36,449 bases of DNA. Origin: a virus. Lineage: Duplodnaviria > Caudoviricetes. A program made the translations under genes and the position numbers. The stretch is taken from IMG/VR virus record IMGVR_UViG_3300047457_000647, positions 1 to 36,449 of that record, one strand, 5' to 3'. Of the stretch, positions 17,375 to 26,482 are shown piece after piece (within the stretch, counting starts at the first letter, position 1; every line of letters starts with the position of its first letter). Under the pieces are notes generated by a model. That model was not told where the DNA came from and searched no databases. It saw nothing but the letters and a program-made list of their open reading frames with translations.

Positions 17375-20300
17375 ATGACGTCCTTCCAGCAGGCGCTCGA
17401 CTTCGTCGATCAGGCCGTGTCGGGTGGCGGTGGCGCGCAGCCTCCGCTGACGCTCGACGACGCTTTCAGTTTCGTGGATTCCGCGATTGCCGCGGAGATG
17501 CCGGGCGCGACGCCCGGGGCGCGGGACGAGGACATTCAGGCCATTGCCGCGCAGGAGTACGCCGGGATGGTGGATGTCGTGCCGGACATCGACGTCGGCA
17601 TCATGCCGCGGGAGGTTGCCCGCGGCGCGGTCGGCATGTTCACGCAGGCGGCGCAGGCCGTCGCGACCCCGGGCATGCGGGCGCAGTTCATCGAGAGCGT
17701 CCTGTCGCCGATGCTCATGTTCCAGATGCCGTTCATTGGTTCGGCCGCCCGTCGGCAGGTGGCGCGTGGTGCGGCCCGTACGGTGTCGCAGGCGCTTGAA
17801 CCTGCCGGGAGCGGCCTGTCGGTCGAGGACGTGGAGACGGAGGCAATGGCGATGCGTGGCGCGCAGGCCGGGCTTGCGGCCGGGCAGCGCGAGGGATTCC
17901 GGGCAGAGGCGAGCCGCGCAGTCGGTCAGGTGGTGCCGCAGGCCGCTGCCGTTGCCGGGGCCGTCCTGACTGGGCAGCCCGTCGTGGCGGCTGCGCTGGC
18001 GTCCAATGCCGTCATGCCCCTGATGGGCTTCACCAGCGGGCAGATTGCCTACATGGACGAACTTGACCAGAAGCGGGCCGACGAGGCCGCTGCTGGCAAG
18101 CCCCTGTCGGAATTCGACATTGGCGAGATGGGCCGTCGCGGGGCGATCACGGGGGCGATCGCGGCTGGCGTCGAGGCCGTGGGCGCCGCCACGGGCACGC
18201 GGCTCGTCGGCAAGGCGCTTGCCGCTGCCGCCAAGCCTGCGACCAAGAACGTCGCCATTGCCCGTCTTGCGCAGGCCGGGCAGGACAAGGCTGCCCGGGT
18301 GTTGGCGACCCGCGCCGGGCAGGCCGGGGCGCAGGCGTTTGCCCGAATCACCGCCGGGACCGGGCAGATCGCCAATGGGTTCATCGGTCAGGCCGGGAAG
18401 GCGCTTGCGCTTTCGGCCGCGGAGGAGGGCGTGGAGGAGTTTGCCGAGGGCATGCTGAATGCCCCGTTCACCTATGCCCCGATGTCGGAGGACTTGTGGA
18501 ACGCGGTCAGCGCGGCCGCGGTCGGGTCCGTTGCCGGAGGCGTCGGCGGCGGCATCGGCGTGACAGGGGCGGTGACGCAGCGGTCGCTCGCCAATCGGCG
18601 CGAAGCCATGCGTCCGGAGACCGACAAGGAGCGCATCCTGCGGCAGTCCCATGCCGAGGCGATCGCCAAGCGCGTGGACTGGACGAAGGATCTCGACGAC
18701 ACGCAGCGTGCGGAGATCGCCGTGGCGCTTGACACCCTGAACGGCATGGATCAGGAGGAGCGCGGGACGTTCCTTCAGGAGATGCGCGACAGGCAGGCCG
18801 ACGCGGTCAACTTCATCGACATGCTGCTTGCCGAGCGCAAGCAACTGGACGACGCGATCGCCGGTCTTGAGGTCAGCGAACGCCGGATGATCGAGGATCA
18901 GCCCCGCGTGGAGGGCGAGCGGGCGGCGAAGCAGGAGGCCGTCCGCGAGGCGGAGGCTGCGTTCACGCAGGCCGAGGCCGACCTTGCCGCCGCGCAGGAG
19001 ATTCTTGCCGAGGCAGAGGGCGCCGCCGGAGTGCGTCCCCGCGTTGCCCGTCCGGGCCGCAAGATCGTCACGCCCGAGGAGGCGCGCCGCAACGTCGAGT
19101 CCGCACAGGCGCTCGTCGAGGAACAGCGCAAGAACGTCACCGCCGCGCTGTCGCAAGTCGAGGCCGCGGAAGGGCTTGAGATCGACGAAGGCATCCGCAT
19201 CGACCCCGTTGCCATGCGGGCAGACCTGCTGTCGGACATCGCGAAGAACGATGCTGCGCTCAAGACTGCCGTGACCGACAAGTTGATCGCCGATGCCCGG
19301 GCCAATGCCGTCGCGGAGAAGATCAGCGACATGCCAGCGGTGGTCGAGCAGAAGGCGTCCGGCGACGTGCTGTCTGACCTCGGCACCTCGATGGGCCAGA
19401 CCTTCACGCAGGTCAAGGCTCCGCGCAAGGCGTCCAAGTTGACCAAGGATCTGGCCGCGCTCGGCGTGAACGTCGTGTGGTTCCGGTCGTCCGGCCGGTT
19501 CATCCCTGCGTTCCACAGCCGCAAGAGCCGCGGGACCATCTACCTCAACGCCGACATGGACCCGCGCACCGTGCGCGCCCGGGCGTTCGAGGAGATGTTC
19601 CATGACATCCAGATGTTCCAGCCGGACATCGCGGAGTCATACTCTGAACTCGTCGGACTCGCGCCGATCTACCGCGCAGGCATGGAATACGTGACCCGCG
19701 GCGGGCCGGAAAGCGAACAGATCGGTCGCCTCGACGTGGCTGCCGTGGAACAGTTGGGCGCGGCCGGTGCTGCCCTGCGTGGCGAGCGTGCTGCGATCCA
19801 GCCGGGCGTGGCACGGGCCGGTGCCGCCCGTCTCGCGCAGGAAGGCGAGGCCAATGCGTTTGCGGAGGCCGCCGCGGCCATGACCACCAACCGCGTGCTT
19901 GCCCCGATTTCGCGGTTTGCCGCCCGTCGCGGGCTGATGGGCCGGGAGGCCCGTGCGGCGATGGCCGTGATCGACGCCGCAGCCCGTTCCGCGGCGATCG
20001 CGAAGGTCAAGGGAACGCAAGGCGACGCGACGCTGTCGCCGCTTGCTCGCACGCTGATGTGGGCCGAGGATCTCAACGTCTCATATGCACGCGAGATCGA
20101 GGAAGCAACTCAACCGAAGCAGCCTGCCGCCGAAGCCGCGCAGACTCCTGCGGCTGGCGTGTCGATGGCCCGCGAATTTCCGTCGCGCCCGTTGTCGTCG
20201 TTCACGCCTGAATGGCGTGCGTGGTTCGGCGACAGCAAAGTGGTTGATGAGAACGGAAACCCGCGTGTCGTGTATCACGCAACTCGCGCAGCCAAGGACT

Positions 20301-23300
20301 TTGATGTATTCAAGATCACGAAAGATCTTGGATATCACTTTGGTTCTACTCCAGATGCGGCCAATCGGGCACTTGGCAGCAGAGTCGGTGGAGTGACGCA
20401 ATCCGGTGGGGCGCGTATTTACCCCGTGTACCTGTCCATCAAGAACCCGCTTCGTGTTTCAGAAACAGGAAGCGCGATGATGGGCGATCTTGGCGGATGG
20501 AATTTCGGTGATTTGGTCGGGCAGTTCTATCGCCCGGTCAAACTTCGTCAATCTAACTTGTTCCGATATGAGCCTGAAGCGAACGAGTTTGATGTTCCAG
20601 AGGGCATGTCAATTCCGGAGGCAATGCGAACAGGACAGGTCACGCGCACGGAACCGCGACCCGGTCTGATTGACATGACGCCCTTGGAGTATGTGCAGAA
20701 AATCAACGCCGAAGTTCGTGCTGAACTTGGTGAATTGACAAAGACGAACAGGGTGAAGTTCAACAGGGCGGCGTTGCAGAAGTTTGTTGCTGACCTGAAG
20801 CGACTTGGATATGACGGACTGGTGTACAAGAACATCGTCGAAGGAGGCGGTGACAGTTGGATTGCATTTGATTCCAACCAGATCAAGTCCGTATTCAACG
20901 AGCGCCCGACCGCCGCGCCCGGCATCTCGATGGCCCGCGAGGATTCCGCCGACATCGAGGCGATGCGCACCGAGATCGCCGCGCTTCAGCGCCAGATGCG
21001 CGATGTCCAGAACGTAACCGCCGCGCAGCGCGCACGGGCGATGCGCGAGGTCAACCTGCTCCAGCGCAGGCTCGTGACAGCGCAGTTGATCGCTGAACAG
21101 AAGATCGGTCAGGCCGAGCGGCTGCGCAAGCGCATGGAGCGCGAGCGCGAGGTGTCGGAGTCGTCGATCGCCGACGCACAGGAGGCCATCGGCCGCCTTG
21201 AGCGCGATCTCGACGAGGCGGAGGCGGCACTGCGGTCGGAACGCGAGAAGGCCAAGGCAGGCCCGGGATCCGCAGCGGCGATCCGTTCGGCGCAGCGGGC
21301 GATCGACTTCGCGTACCGCATCGGTCGCCGCGAGGGACTGGTCGCTGGCGAAGTGCGCGGACAGCAGGTCGGCCTGCGCGAGACGGCGGCCGCCGAGCGC
21401 CGTGTCGAGCGAGCCGAGCGCCGCGTCGTGACGTCCGCGGAGCGAATCGACGAACTTCTTGGCCGGATCGGCGAGGCGAAGTCGGAGATCAGCGACCTTC
21501 GCAGGAACATCCGTACCGACGCTGCGCTTGCGCAGCGTGCCGCAGACCTTGCCTACCGCATGGGACTTCGTTCCGGGCAGGTGCAGGGCATGATGCGCGG
21601 GCGGCAGCAGGTTCTCCGGGTGCTGCGGAAGCGCGAGGATGCGCTTGCGCGCCAGTTGGACAATCTACGCACACTGAACGCCCTGCGTTCGGATCAGGTC
21701 GCCGAGCGTGCTGCCATCGTCCGCAAGATCGCCGCAGACGCGGTTGACATGCTTCCGGTGCGCCTGCGCGGGCCGCTTGCCAAGCGAGCCGCGACCGCGA
21801 CCACCGTGCAGCAGGCCAACAGGATCGCCGTGGAGGCCACCAGAGAGGCGGTCAACAACGAGGTATCCACCGCCCTTGCCGTCATCAAGGCGACGCGCAA
21901 GAAGATGAACCGCCGCGGCATGCGTAACGTCACCCGTGAGCGCGTCGAAACCCTGCTGGATCAGGCCGATGCGATGCTCCGAGACACGGCCAACCGACGC
22001 CTTGCCGCGAAGGTGGTCAGCGGCCCGAAGGCAGGTCTTGGCCCGGGTGCGTCGGTCGTGACGAATGCCGTTTCGCTGTATTCGGCGGTTCTTGACGCCT
22101 CGCTGCTGGTCGAGCAGGCCGTGGCGGAGGTGCAGGCGGAGCGCGATGCGTGGGAGCGCGAGCGTGCAGCCCGCGTCGCCCGCTATGCGGACCTGAAGTC
22201 CCGGCTCGGGTCGAACCTCGCGATGCGTCCGACGCTTGAGGAACGTGCGCGTGCGGACGAGTCTCCGCGAATCGGCGCACTTGCGTCGATGCAGCGCGCA
22301 GCATCGGACATCTACACGCTGATGCTGGAAACGGAAGGCACGCAGGATGGCGCGCTCGGCGAACTGGTGTCGATCGCGCAGCGCGGCAAGGGCGAATCGT
22401 CTCTTGAGCATGCGCGCATGATCCGCGACCTCGCGCCAGCCCTGTCCGGCGCCGGTTACGAGAGCCTGTCTGACTATGCGCTCCGCAATGGCTTGATGGG
22501 CGAGAGCGCGGCCGAGACGATTGACGTGGTGCTTGGCGGCAGGACGCTGACGCTGCCGGTCGGCAAGGTCTTGTCCGTGGCTGCGATGGATGACGAGACG
22601 CTCGGGCTGATGGATGGCTCGCAGCCGATCACGTTCCGTGGGGCGGAGACCACGATGCGGGTCAGCCCGACCCGGCAGGAGATCGAGGCGATCCGGTCGT
22701 CGCTCACGCCCGGGCAGCGCGACCTGATCGACGCCATGAAGTCGATCCTCGAAACCCGCGTCCGCGACCGCGTCATGGACGCGATCTGGCGCGTGGAGGG
22801 CGACCAGCCGCCGATCGTGCGGAATTACTGGCCGCGCATCCGCAAGACAGACCTCGACGCGGAGACCGCGGACGTGCTTCGTTCGGCATCCGCCGCGGTA
22901 CGTTCGGCCCTCACGTCGGTCGGTTTCGCGCAGGCACGAACCGGCAGCAAGTCCCCGCTCGTGTACGACGACGCCTTCCGGACATGGGACCGCCACCTTC
23001 AGGTGTCGCTCGACATGATCCACATGGCGCAGCCGTACCGCGACGCCCTGTCTGTCTTGACGGATGGCGAGATCGAATCCGCGCTTGACAGGCGCATGGG
23101 CGACGGCACGGCGAACATCCTGCGCGCCTTCTTCGCCAACGGCGTCGGCGCGACGGCAAGAAGCAACGTCACGCTCATCGACGCGATCACGAACAACGTG
23201 ACGGGCGCGATCCTTTCGCTGTCGCCGCGCACGGCCGCGAAGGTATATGTCGGCGGCACCATCCGCCTCATGTCGGAGATGCCGTCCGGCCTCTGGGCGC

Positions 23301-24472
23301 GAGGCGTTGCCCGTGCAATTGCCCGTGCGGCAAATCCGCAGGCATGGAGCGCACGCATCGACGAGATCCATTCGGTGAACGGGTACTTCACCCGGCGACA
23401 CCAGATGCACATGCGGTCGATCGTGTCCGGCACGCTGTCGGACGCCGACCGCACGACCGTTTCGACGGCCTTGTCTGCAATGGCCGCGAGCCTGCGCGGT
23501 GCGGGGCAGAACGTGGCTGCCGGAAACTTCACCGACGCAGCCCGGGCGGTTCGCGAGGTCGCCAACGGCGCGAACATGGCCGTGACCGCCTTCGTGGACG
23601 CCCTGCGGTACGCCGACGAGCAGATCATGCTGGTCGCGGTGGAGTCTCGTCTCGCGGAGGTCGAGGACGAGGGAATCCTGACCGGCACGGAGGCGCTCCG
23701 CGAGGCGGCGCTGCGCGCCGAGCGCGATTTCCGGCTGACGCAGAACGCCAGCGACGAGTTCGACGAGACGGCGACGGTCGCCATGACCCGTACCGCCAAG
23801 GGGACGCCGTACATCCGGTTCCTGTTCCCGTTCTCCAGCGATCCGCTGAAGGCGCGCAACCAGATCAGGCGCGCATGGTTGACCGGGGAAGCCCGCGCAC
23901 GAACCGCGCTTGCCATCACCGGGAACACCGCCACCTCGACGCTCATCGGCGCGGCAAGCACCCCCGCGCTCATGGCGATGTATTACGCGGTTATGAATGC
24001 CATCGGCGGCGACGACGAGGAACGCAAGACGCTTCCTCCGGAGTTGCAGAAGGAGTTCGACGAGCAGGCCAAGCGTATTCCCGTGGCCGTGGCGAGGGAA
24101 ATCCTGTCGTCGGCGACCGGCTACCTCGGGATCATCGTCGGCTCGATCGTGGATTCGATCGTCAATCGACGTGCCGCGTTTGTCCCGCTCGCCGTCAGGC
24201 CCGTCGAGCAGACCGCACGCGAGGCAGGACGGATGTTCGGCGAGGAAGGCACGATGCTGCGCATCATCCCGGCGACGCTTGCCCTGTCGCAGTTGGCGGG
24301 TATGCCGTTCTACCAGTTGTACCGATTCGTCGAGGGCTTCGTGCCGCCGAGCACCGTCACCCCTGAAGAACGCCTTCGCAAGAAGGTCGAGCGTCGCACC
24401 AAGGCGCTCACGCCGGAGTCCGTGCAGGAGCGCGTGCGAAGGCGTGTCGAACAGTTGCGACGAGGCGGCTGA
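17375..24472 (+). CDS. Large polyvalent ejection protein with degenerate zincin and ART-PolyVal-like ADP-ribosyltransferase domain
   Basis: 2365 aa; Gly/Ala-rich hydrophobic N-region; TIYLNAD..AFEEMFH; WFGDSKVVDENGNPRVVYHAT..PVYLSIKNPL..GYDG..AFDSNQIKS; long coiled coils. Confidence 0.85.
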   Translation: MTSFQQALDFVDQAVSGGGGAQPPLTLDDAFSFVDSAIAAEMPGATPGARDEDIQAIAAQEYAGMVDVVPDIDVGIMPREVARGAVGMFTQAAQAVATPGMRAQFIESVLSPMLMFQMPFIGSAARRQVARGAARTVSQALEPAGSGLSVEDVETEAMAMRGAQAGLAAGQREGFRAEASRAVGQVVPQAAAVAGAVLTGQPVVAAALASNAVMPLMGFTSGQIAYMDELDQKRADEAAAGKPLSEFDIGEMGRRGAITGAIAAGVEAVGAATGTRLVGKALAAAAKPATKNVAIARLAQAGQDKAARVLATRAGQAGAQAFARITAGTGQIANGFIGQAGKALALSAAEEGVEEFAEGMLNAPFTYAPMSEDLWNAVSAAAVGSVAGGVGGGIGVTGAVTQRSLANRREAMRPETDKERILRQSHAEAIAKRVDWTKDLDDTQRAEIAVALDTLNGMDQEERGTFLQEMRDRQADAVNFIDMLLAERKQLDDAIAGLEVSERRMIEDQPRVEGERAAKQEAVREAEAAFTQAEADLAAAQEILAEAEGAAGVRPRVARPGRKIVTPEEARRNVESAQALVEEQRKNVTAALSQVEAAEGLEIDEGIRIDPVAMRADLLSDIAKNDAALKTAVTDKLIADARANAVAEKISDMPAVVEQKASGDVLSDLGTSMGQTFTQVKAPRKASKLTKDLAALGVNVVWFRSSGRFIPAFHSRKSRGTIYLNADMDPRTVRARAFEEMFHDIQMFQPDIAESYSELVGLAPIYRAGMEYVTRGGPESEQIGRLDVAAVEQLGAAGAALRGERAAIQPGVARAGAARLAQEGEANAFAEAAAAMTTNRVLAPISRFAARRGLMGREARAAMAVIDAAARSAAIAKVKGTQGDATLSPLARTLMWAEDLNVSYAREIEEATQPKQPAAEAAQTPAAGVSMAREFPSRPLSSFTPEWRAWFGDSKVVDENGNPRVVYHATRAAKDFDVFKITKDLGYHFGSTPDAANRALGSRVGGVTQSGGARIYPVYLSIKNPLRVSETGSAMMGDLGGWNFGDLVGQFYRPVKLRQSNLFRYEPEANEFDVPEGMSIPEAMRTGQVTRTEPRPGLIDMTPLEYVQKINAEVRAELGELTKTNRVKFNRAALQKFVADLKRLGYDGLVYKNIVEGGGDSWIAFDSNQIKSVFNERPTAAPGISMAREDSADIEAMRTEIAALQRQMRDVQNVTAAQRARAMREVNLLQRRLVTAQLIAEQKIGQAERLRKRMEREREVSESSIADAQEAIGRLERDLDEAEAALRSEREKAKAGPGSAAAIRSAQRAIDFAYRIGRREGLVAGEVRGQQVGLRETAAAERRVERAERRVVTSAERIDELLGRIGEAKSEISDLRRNIRTDAALAQRAADLAYRMGLRSGQVQGMMRGRQQVLRVLRKREDALARQLDNLRTLNALRSDQVAERAAIVRKIAADAVDMLPVRLRGPLAKRAATATTVQQANRIAVEATREAVNNEVSTALAVIKATRKKMNRRGMRNVTRERVETLLDQADAMLRDTANRRLAAKVVSGPKAGLGPGASVVTNAVSLYSAVLDASLLVEQAVAEVQAERDAWERERAARVARYADLKSRLGSNLAMRPTLEERARADESPRIGALASMQRAASDIYTLMLETEGTQDGALGELVSIAQRGKGESSLEHARMIRDLAPALSGAGYESLSDYALRNGLMGESAAETIDVVLGGRTLTLPVGKVLSVAAMDDETLGLMDGSQPITFRGAETTMRVSPTRQEIEAIRSSLTPGQRDLIDAMKSILETRVRDRVMDAIWRVEGDQPPIVRNYWPRIRKTDLDAETADVLRSASAAVRSALTSVGFAQARTGSKSPLVYDDAFRTWDRHLQVSLDMIHMAQPYRDALSVLTDGEIESALDRRMGDGTANILRAFFANGVGATARSNVTLIDAITNNVTGAILSLSPRTAAKVYVGGTIRLMSEMPSGLWARGVARAIARAANPQAWSARIDEIHSVNGYFTRRHQMHMRSIVSGTLSDADRTTVSTALSAMAASLRGAGQNVAAGNFTDAARAVREVANGANMAVTAFVDALRYADEQIMLVAVESRLAEVEDEGILTGTEALREAALRAERDFRLTQNASDEFDETATVAMTRTAKGTPYIRFLFPFSSDPLKARNQIRRAWLTGEARARTALAITGNTATSTLIGAASTPALMAMYYAVMNAIGGDDEERKTLPPELQKEFDEQAKRIPVAVAREILSSATGYLGIIVGSIVDSIVNRRAAFVPLAVRPVEQTAREAGRMFGEEGTMLRIIPATLALSQLAGMPFYQLYRFVEGFVPPSTVTPEERLRKKVERRTKALTPESVQERVRRRVEQLRRGG
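20162..20940 (+). repeat. 14-bp direct repeat TCGATGGCCCGCGA (20162-20175 and 20927-20940) flanking the ART domain
   Basis: Exact copies 765 nt (255 codons) apart, both encoding SMARE. Confidence 0.9.
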
Positions 24473-24474
24473 CC

Positions 24475-24902
24475 GTCCGAGCCGCCGCTTCGCTGCGCGT
24501 CGCCCGTGGCTCCGCTACGCGGCGGCTGTCGCGTCAGGCGATGTTCGACGCGCACACATCAGCCAGATGGGCGGAGTCTAAAGTCCTGTCACGCCGTGGG
24601 TTGCGTGCGATCATGGCTTTCAGCCCGTCCGGTGAGTGAAGGAACACCATGACCCCACGAGGAGGTCACGGAAATCAGCCCGACCGGAGCCGTGCGAGGT
24701 TTCCCTTGCCCACAAGTTGCACCATTTCGCTGCGTGGTCAGCAGCCGCTTCGCTGTGGGACGAGCGCACCCGAAGGTGGCGCACGGTAGAGTCATCTCCG
24801 TGCGTCTTGATACCACTTTGCCCCTACCGCGGCGGGCAACACTTCCGACAGCCTTGACCCGCAGGCCAAATCGCACTAGGCTGCAAGTGCGCTTCTTGTC
24901 CA
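24475..24902 (-). ncRNA. Candidate ~430-nt structured RNA / RNA-primed replication origin
   Basis: No credible ORF; downstream of a leftward promoter; serial hairpins including cUUCGg (24767-24778), CGCACGG/CCGTGCG (24780-24804) and AGCCGCCGC/GCGGCGGCT (24480-24527). Confidence 0.55.
24854..24882 (+). promoter_or_regulatory. sigma70-type promoter (rightward)
   Basis: TTGACC-N17-TAGGCT. Confidence 0.55.
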
Positions 24903-24908
24903 CCACGC

Positions 24909-24937
24909 ATCGTACAGGGTCCATCCACTCGATGCAA
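24909..24937 (-). promoter_or_regulatory. sigma70-type promoter (leftward)
   Basis: TTGCAT-N17-TACGAT on the minus strand. Confidence 0.6.
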
Positions 24938-24944
24938 GCGCGAA

Positions 24945-24994
24945 ATCGGAATCGGGGAGGGGCGGCGACATCCCCGCCCCTCCCTGAAACCGAT
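24945..24994. other. Strong GC hairpin
   Basis: GGGAGGGGCGG (24955-24965) / CCGCCCCTCCC (24974-24984) with outer ATCGG/CCGAT. Confidence 0.75.
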
Positions 24995-25164
24995 CCCACG
25001 GTAGCATCCGGCCGCCCGGCGTGGCTTCTCTGACGAGGCACCGCGGCAAGTGCCGTGGTGTGCGGCCCGACCGGGCATGAATTTCCCAGAGTTGCAGTTC
25101 CCCGGCGGTTTCTCGCCGCGGGGGACTGTTCTCTTTGGCGGCCGACCTGTCTACTTTGGGCGGC

Positions 25165-26061
25165 ATGAAACTGCCGTGGTCGGTCACTGCACCTGCCCGC
25201 AACATCCACATCGTCGATCTGGTAGCAAAGAGTGCTACCGATCATTGGTGGTTTCTGCTTTCCGGAGATCGTCACCACGATAACCCCCACGCTGACCATG
25301 AGTTAGAGAAGAAGCATCTCGACGAGGTGGTCAAGCGCAAGGCCGGGTGGATCGACGTCGGGGATCTCTTTTGTGCGATGGAGGGAAGGGCGGATCCACG
25401 GCGGAGCCGCAAGGGCGTCCGCGAGGAACACGCGATGGCGCCCGACTACTTCGACTCCATCGTCAATGCCGCTGCGGAGTTCTACAAGCCATACGCGCAG
25501 CACTGCGTCGTGATCGGGAGGGGGAATCACGAAGCCTCGGTGCTGAAGAACAACGAGACGGATCTGACCGAACGTCTCTGCGAGCGCATGAGCATGATGT
25601 CGAAGTGCAAGGTGTATCCCGGCGGATACGGCGGGTGGATCAAGTTCCGCACCGACCGTGGCGGCCATCGTTATGCGCTGAATCTCAAGTACTTCCACGG
25701 GTCCGGCGGTGCCGCGCTGATGTCGTTCGACACCCTGAAGGTGCGCCGTCAGGCCGCCGTCATGCCGGATGCCGACGTGATCGTGCAGGGACATGTGCAC
25801 AAGCAGTGGGTGATGCCGCTCGCACGCGAACGCCTGATCTCCGACAAGGCGGGAATGCGCATCCGCCACGACGTGCAGTACCACGTCCGGGTCGGCACCT
25901 ACAAGGACGAGTTTCAGGACGGCTACGGCGGTTTCCACGTCGAGCAGGGCCGGACGCCCGAGATCATCGGGGCGGTCTGGATGAAACTCTCGCTGCACCA
26001 CGAGATCGTGAACGGTGAGACCAGATACAGCCTCCGCCCAGAGTTCTTCCCGATCCACTGA
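25165..26061 (+). CDS. Calcineurin-like metallophosphoesterase
   Basis: DRH, GDLF, GNHE, FHG and GHVH motifs in canonical order. Confidence 0.88.
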   Translation: MKLPWSVTAPARNIHIVDLVAKSATDHWWFLLSGDRHHDNPHADHELEKKHLDEVVKRKAGWIDVGDLFCAMEGRADPRRSRKGVREEHAMAPDYFDSIVNAAAEFYKPYAQHCVVIGRGNHEASVLKNNETDLTERLCERMSMMSKCKVYPGGYGGWIKFRTDRGGHRYALNLKYFHGSGGAALMSFDTLKVRRQAAVMPDADVIVQGHVHKQWVMPLARERLISDKAGMRIRHDVQYHVRVGTYKDEFQDGYGGFHVEQGRTPEIIGAVWMKLSLHHEIVNGETRYSLRPEFFPIH

Positions 26062-26113
26062 TCGCGCAGAGGACACGTTCCCCGGAAACCGATCGTTTGG
26101 GAAGGACAGATCC

Positions 26114-26389
26114 ATGCGCGTGAAGTTGAACGGCAAGTGGTGGAACCTGAAGTTCGTTCCGCAGTTGCGGGACTACGGCGACATGGTCGATCCCGGCAAG
26201 GCGGAGGGCAGGCGCATCCGGATCGGTACTTGGCAGGACGACGAGGATCTCCTCGACACCCTGATACACGAATGCCTGCACGCAATCGAGCCGAACTGGA
26301 CGGAGGAACGGGTGACCGAGGCGTCCAAGGAACTTTCCCGGGTGCTCTGGCGGCTTGGGTATCGCCGGGCAAGCCAAGAAAAATCCTGA
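26114..26389 (+). CDS. Small HExxH zinc-metallopeptidase-like protein
   Basis: DTLIHECLHA..EERV; SD AAGGA. Confidence 0.75.
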   Translation: MRVKLNGKWWNLKFVPQLRDYGDMVDPGKAEGRRIRIGTWQDDEDLLDTLIHECLHAIEPNWTEERVTEASKELSRVLWRLGYRRASQEKS

Positions 26390-26407
26390 AATAGTGTCAT
26401 CAGGCGG

Positions 26408-26435
26408 TTGACAGATGGCCGATGGGTGATACCAT
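26408..26435 (+). promoter_or_regulatory. sigma70-type promoter with extended -10 for the recombination operon
   Basis: TTGACA-N16-TACCAT with TGn; A-rich upstream element. Confidence 0.75.
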
Positions 26436-26482
26436 GCCGCCCGGCGCGGCCGCGTGGCCCGCCCAACTCTGGAGACAACAAC

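Noticed and set aside
20176-20940. Intein or IS element in the large gene
   Set aside because: No C/S...HN splice motifs, transposase or terminal inverted repeats; the insert encodes an ART-like domain
24473-25160. tRNA, tmRNA, RNase P or group I/II intron
   Set aside because: No T-loop/cloverleaf or catalytic-core consensus recognised by eye; an Rfam scan is still needed
24589-25299. 236-aa minus-strand ORF and other ORFs across the intergenic region
   Set aside because: Composition not protein-like, no SD, codon usage unlike real genes, and it overlaps the phosphoesterase antisense; a short leaderless peptide cannot be fully excluded
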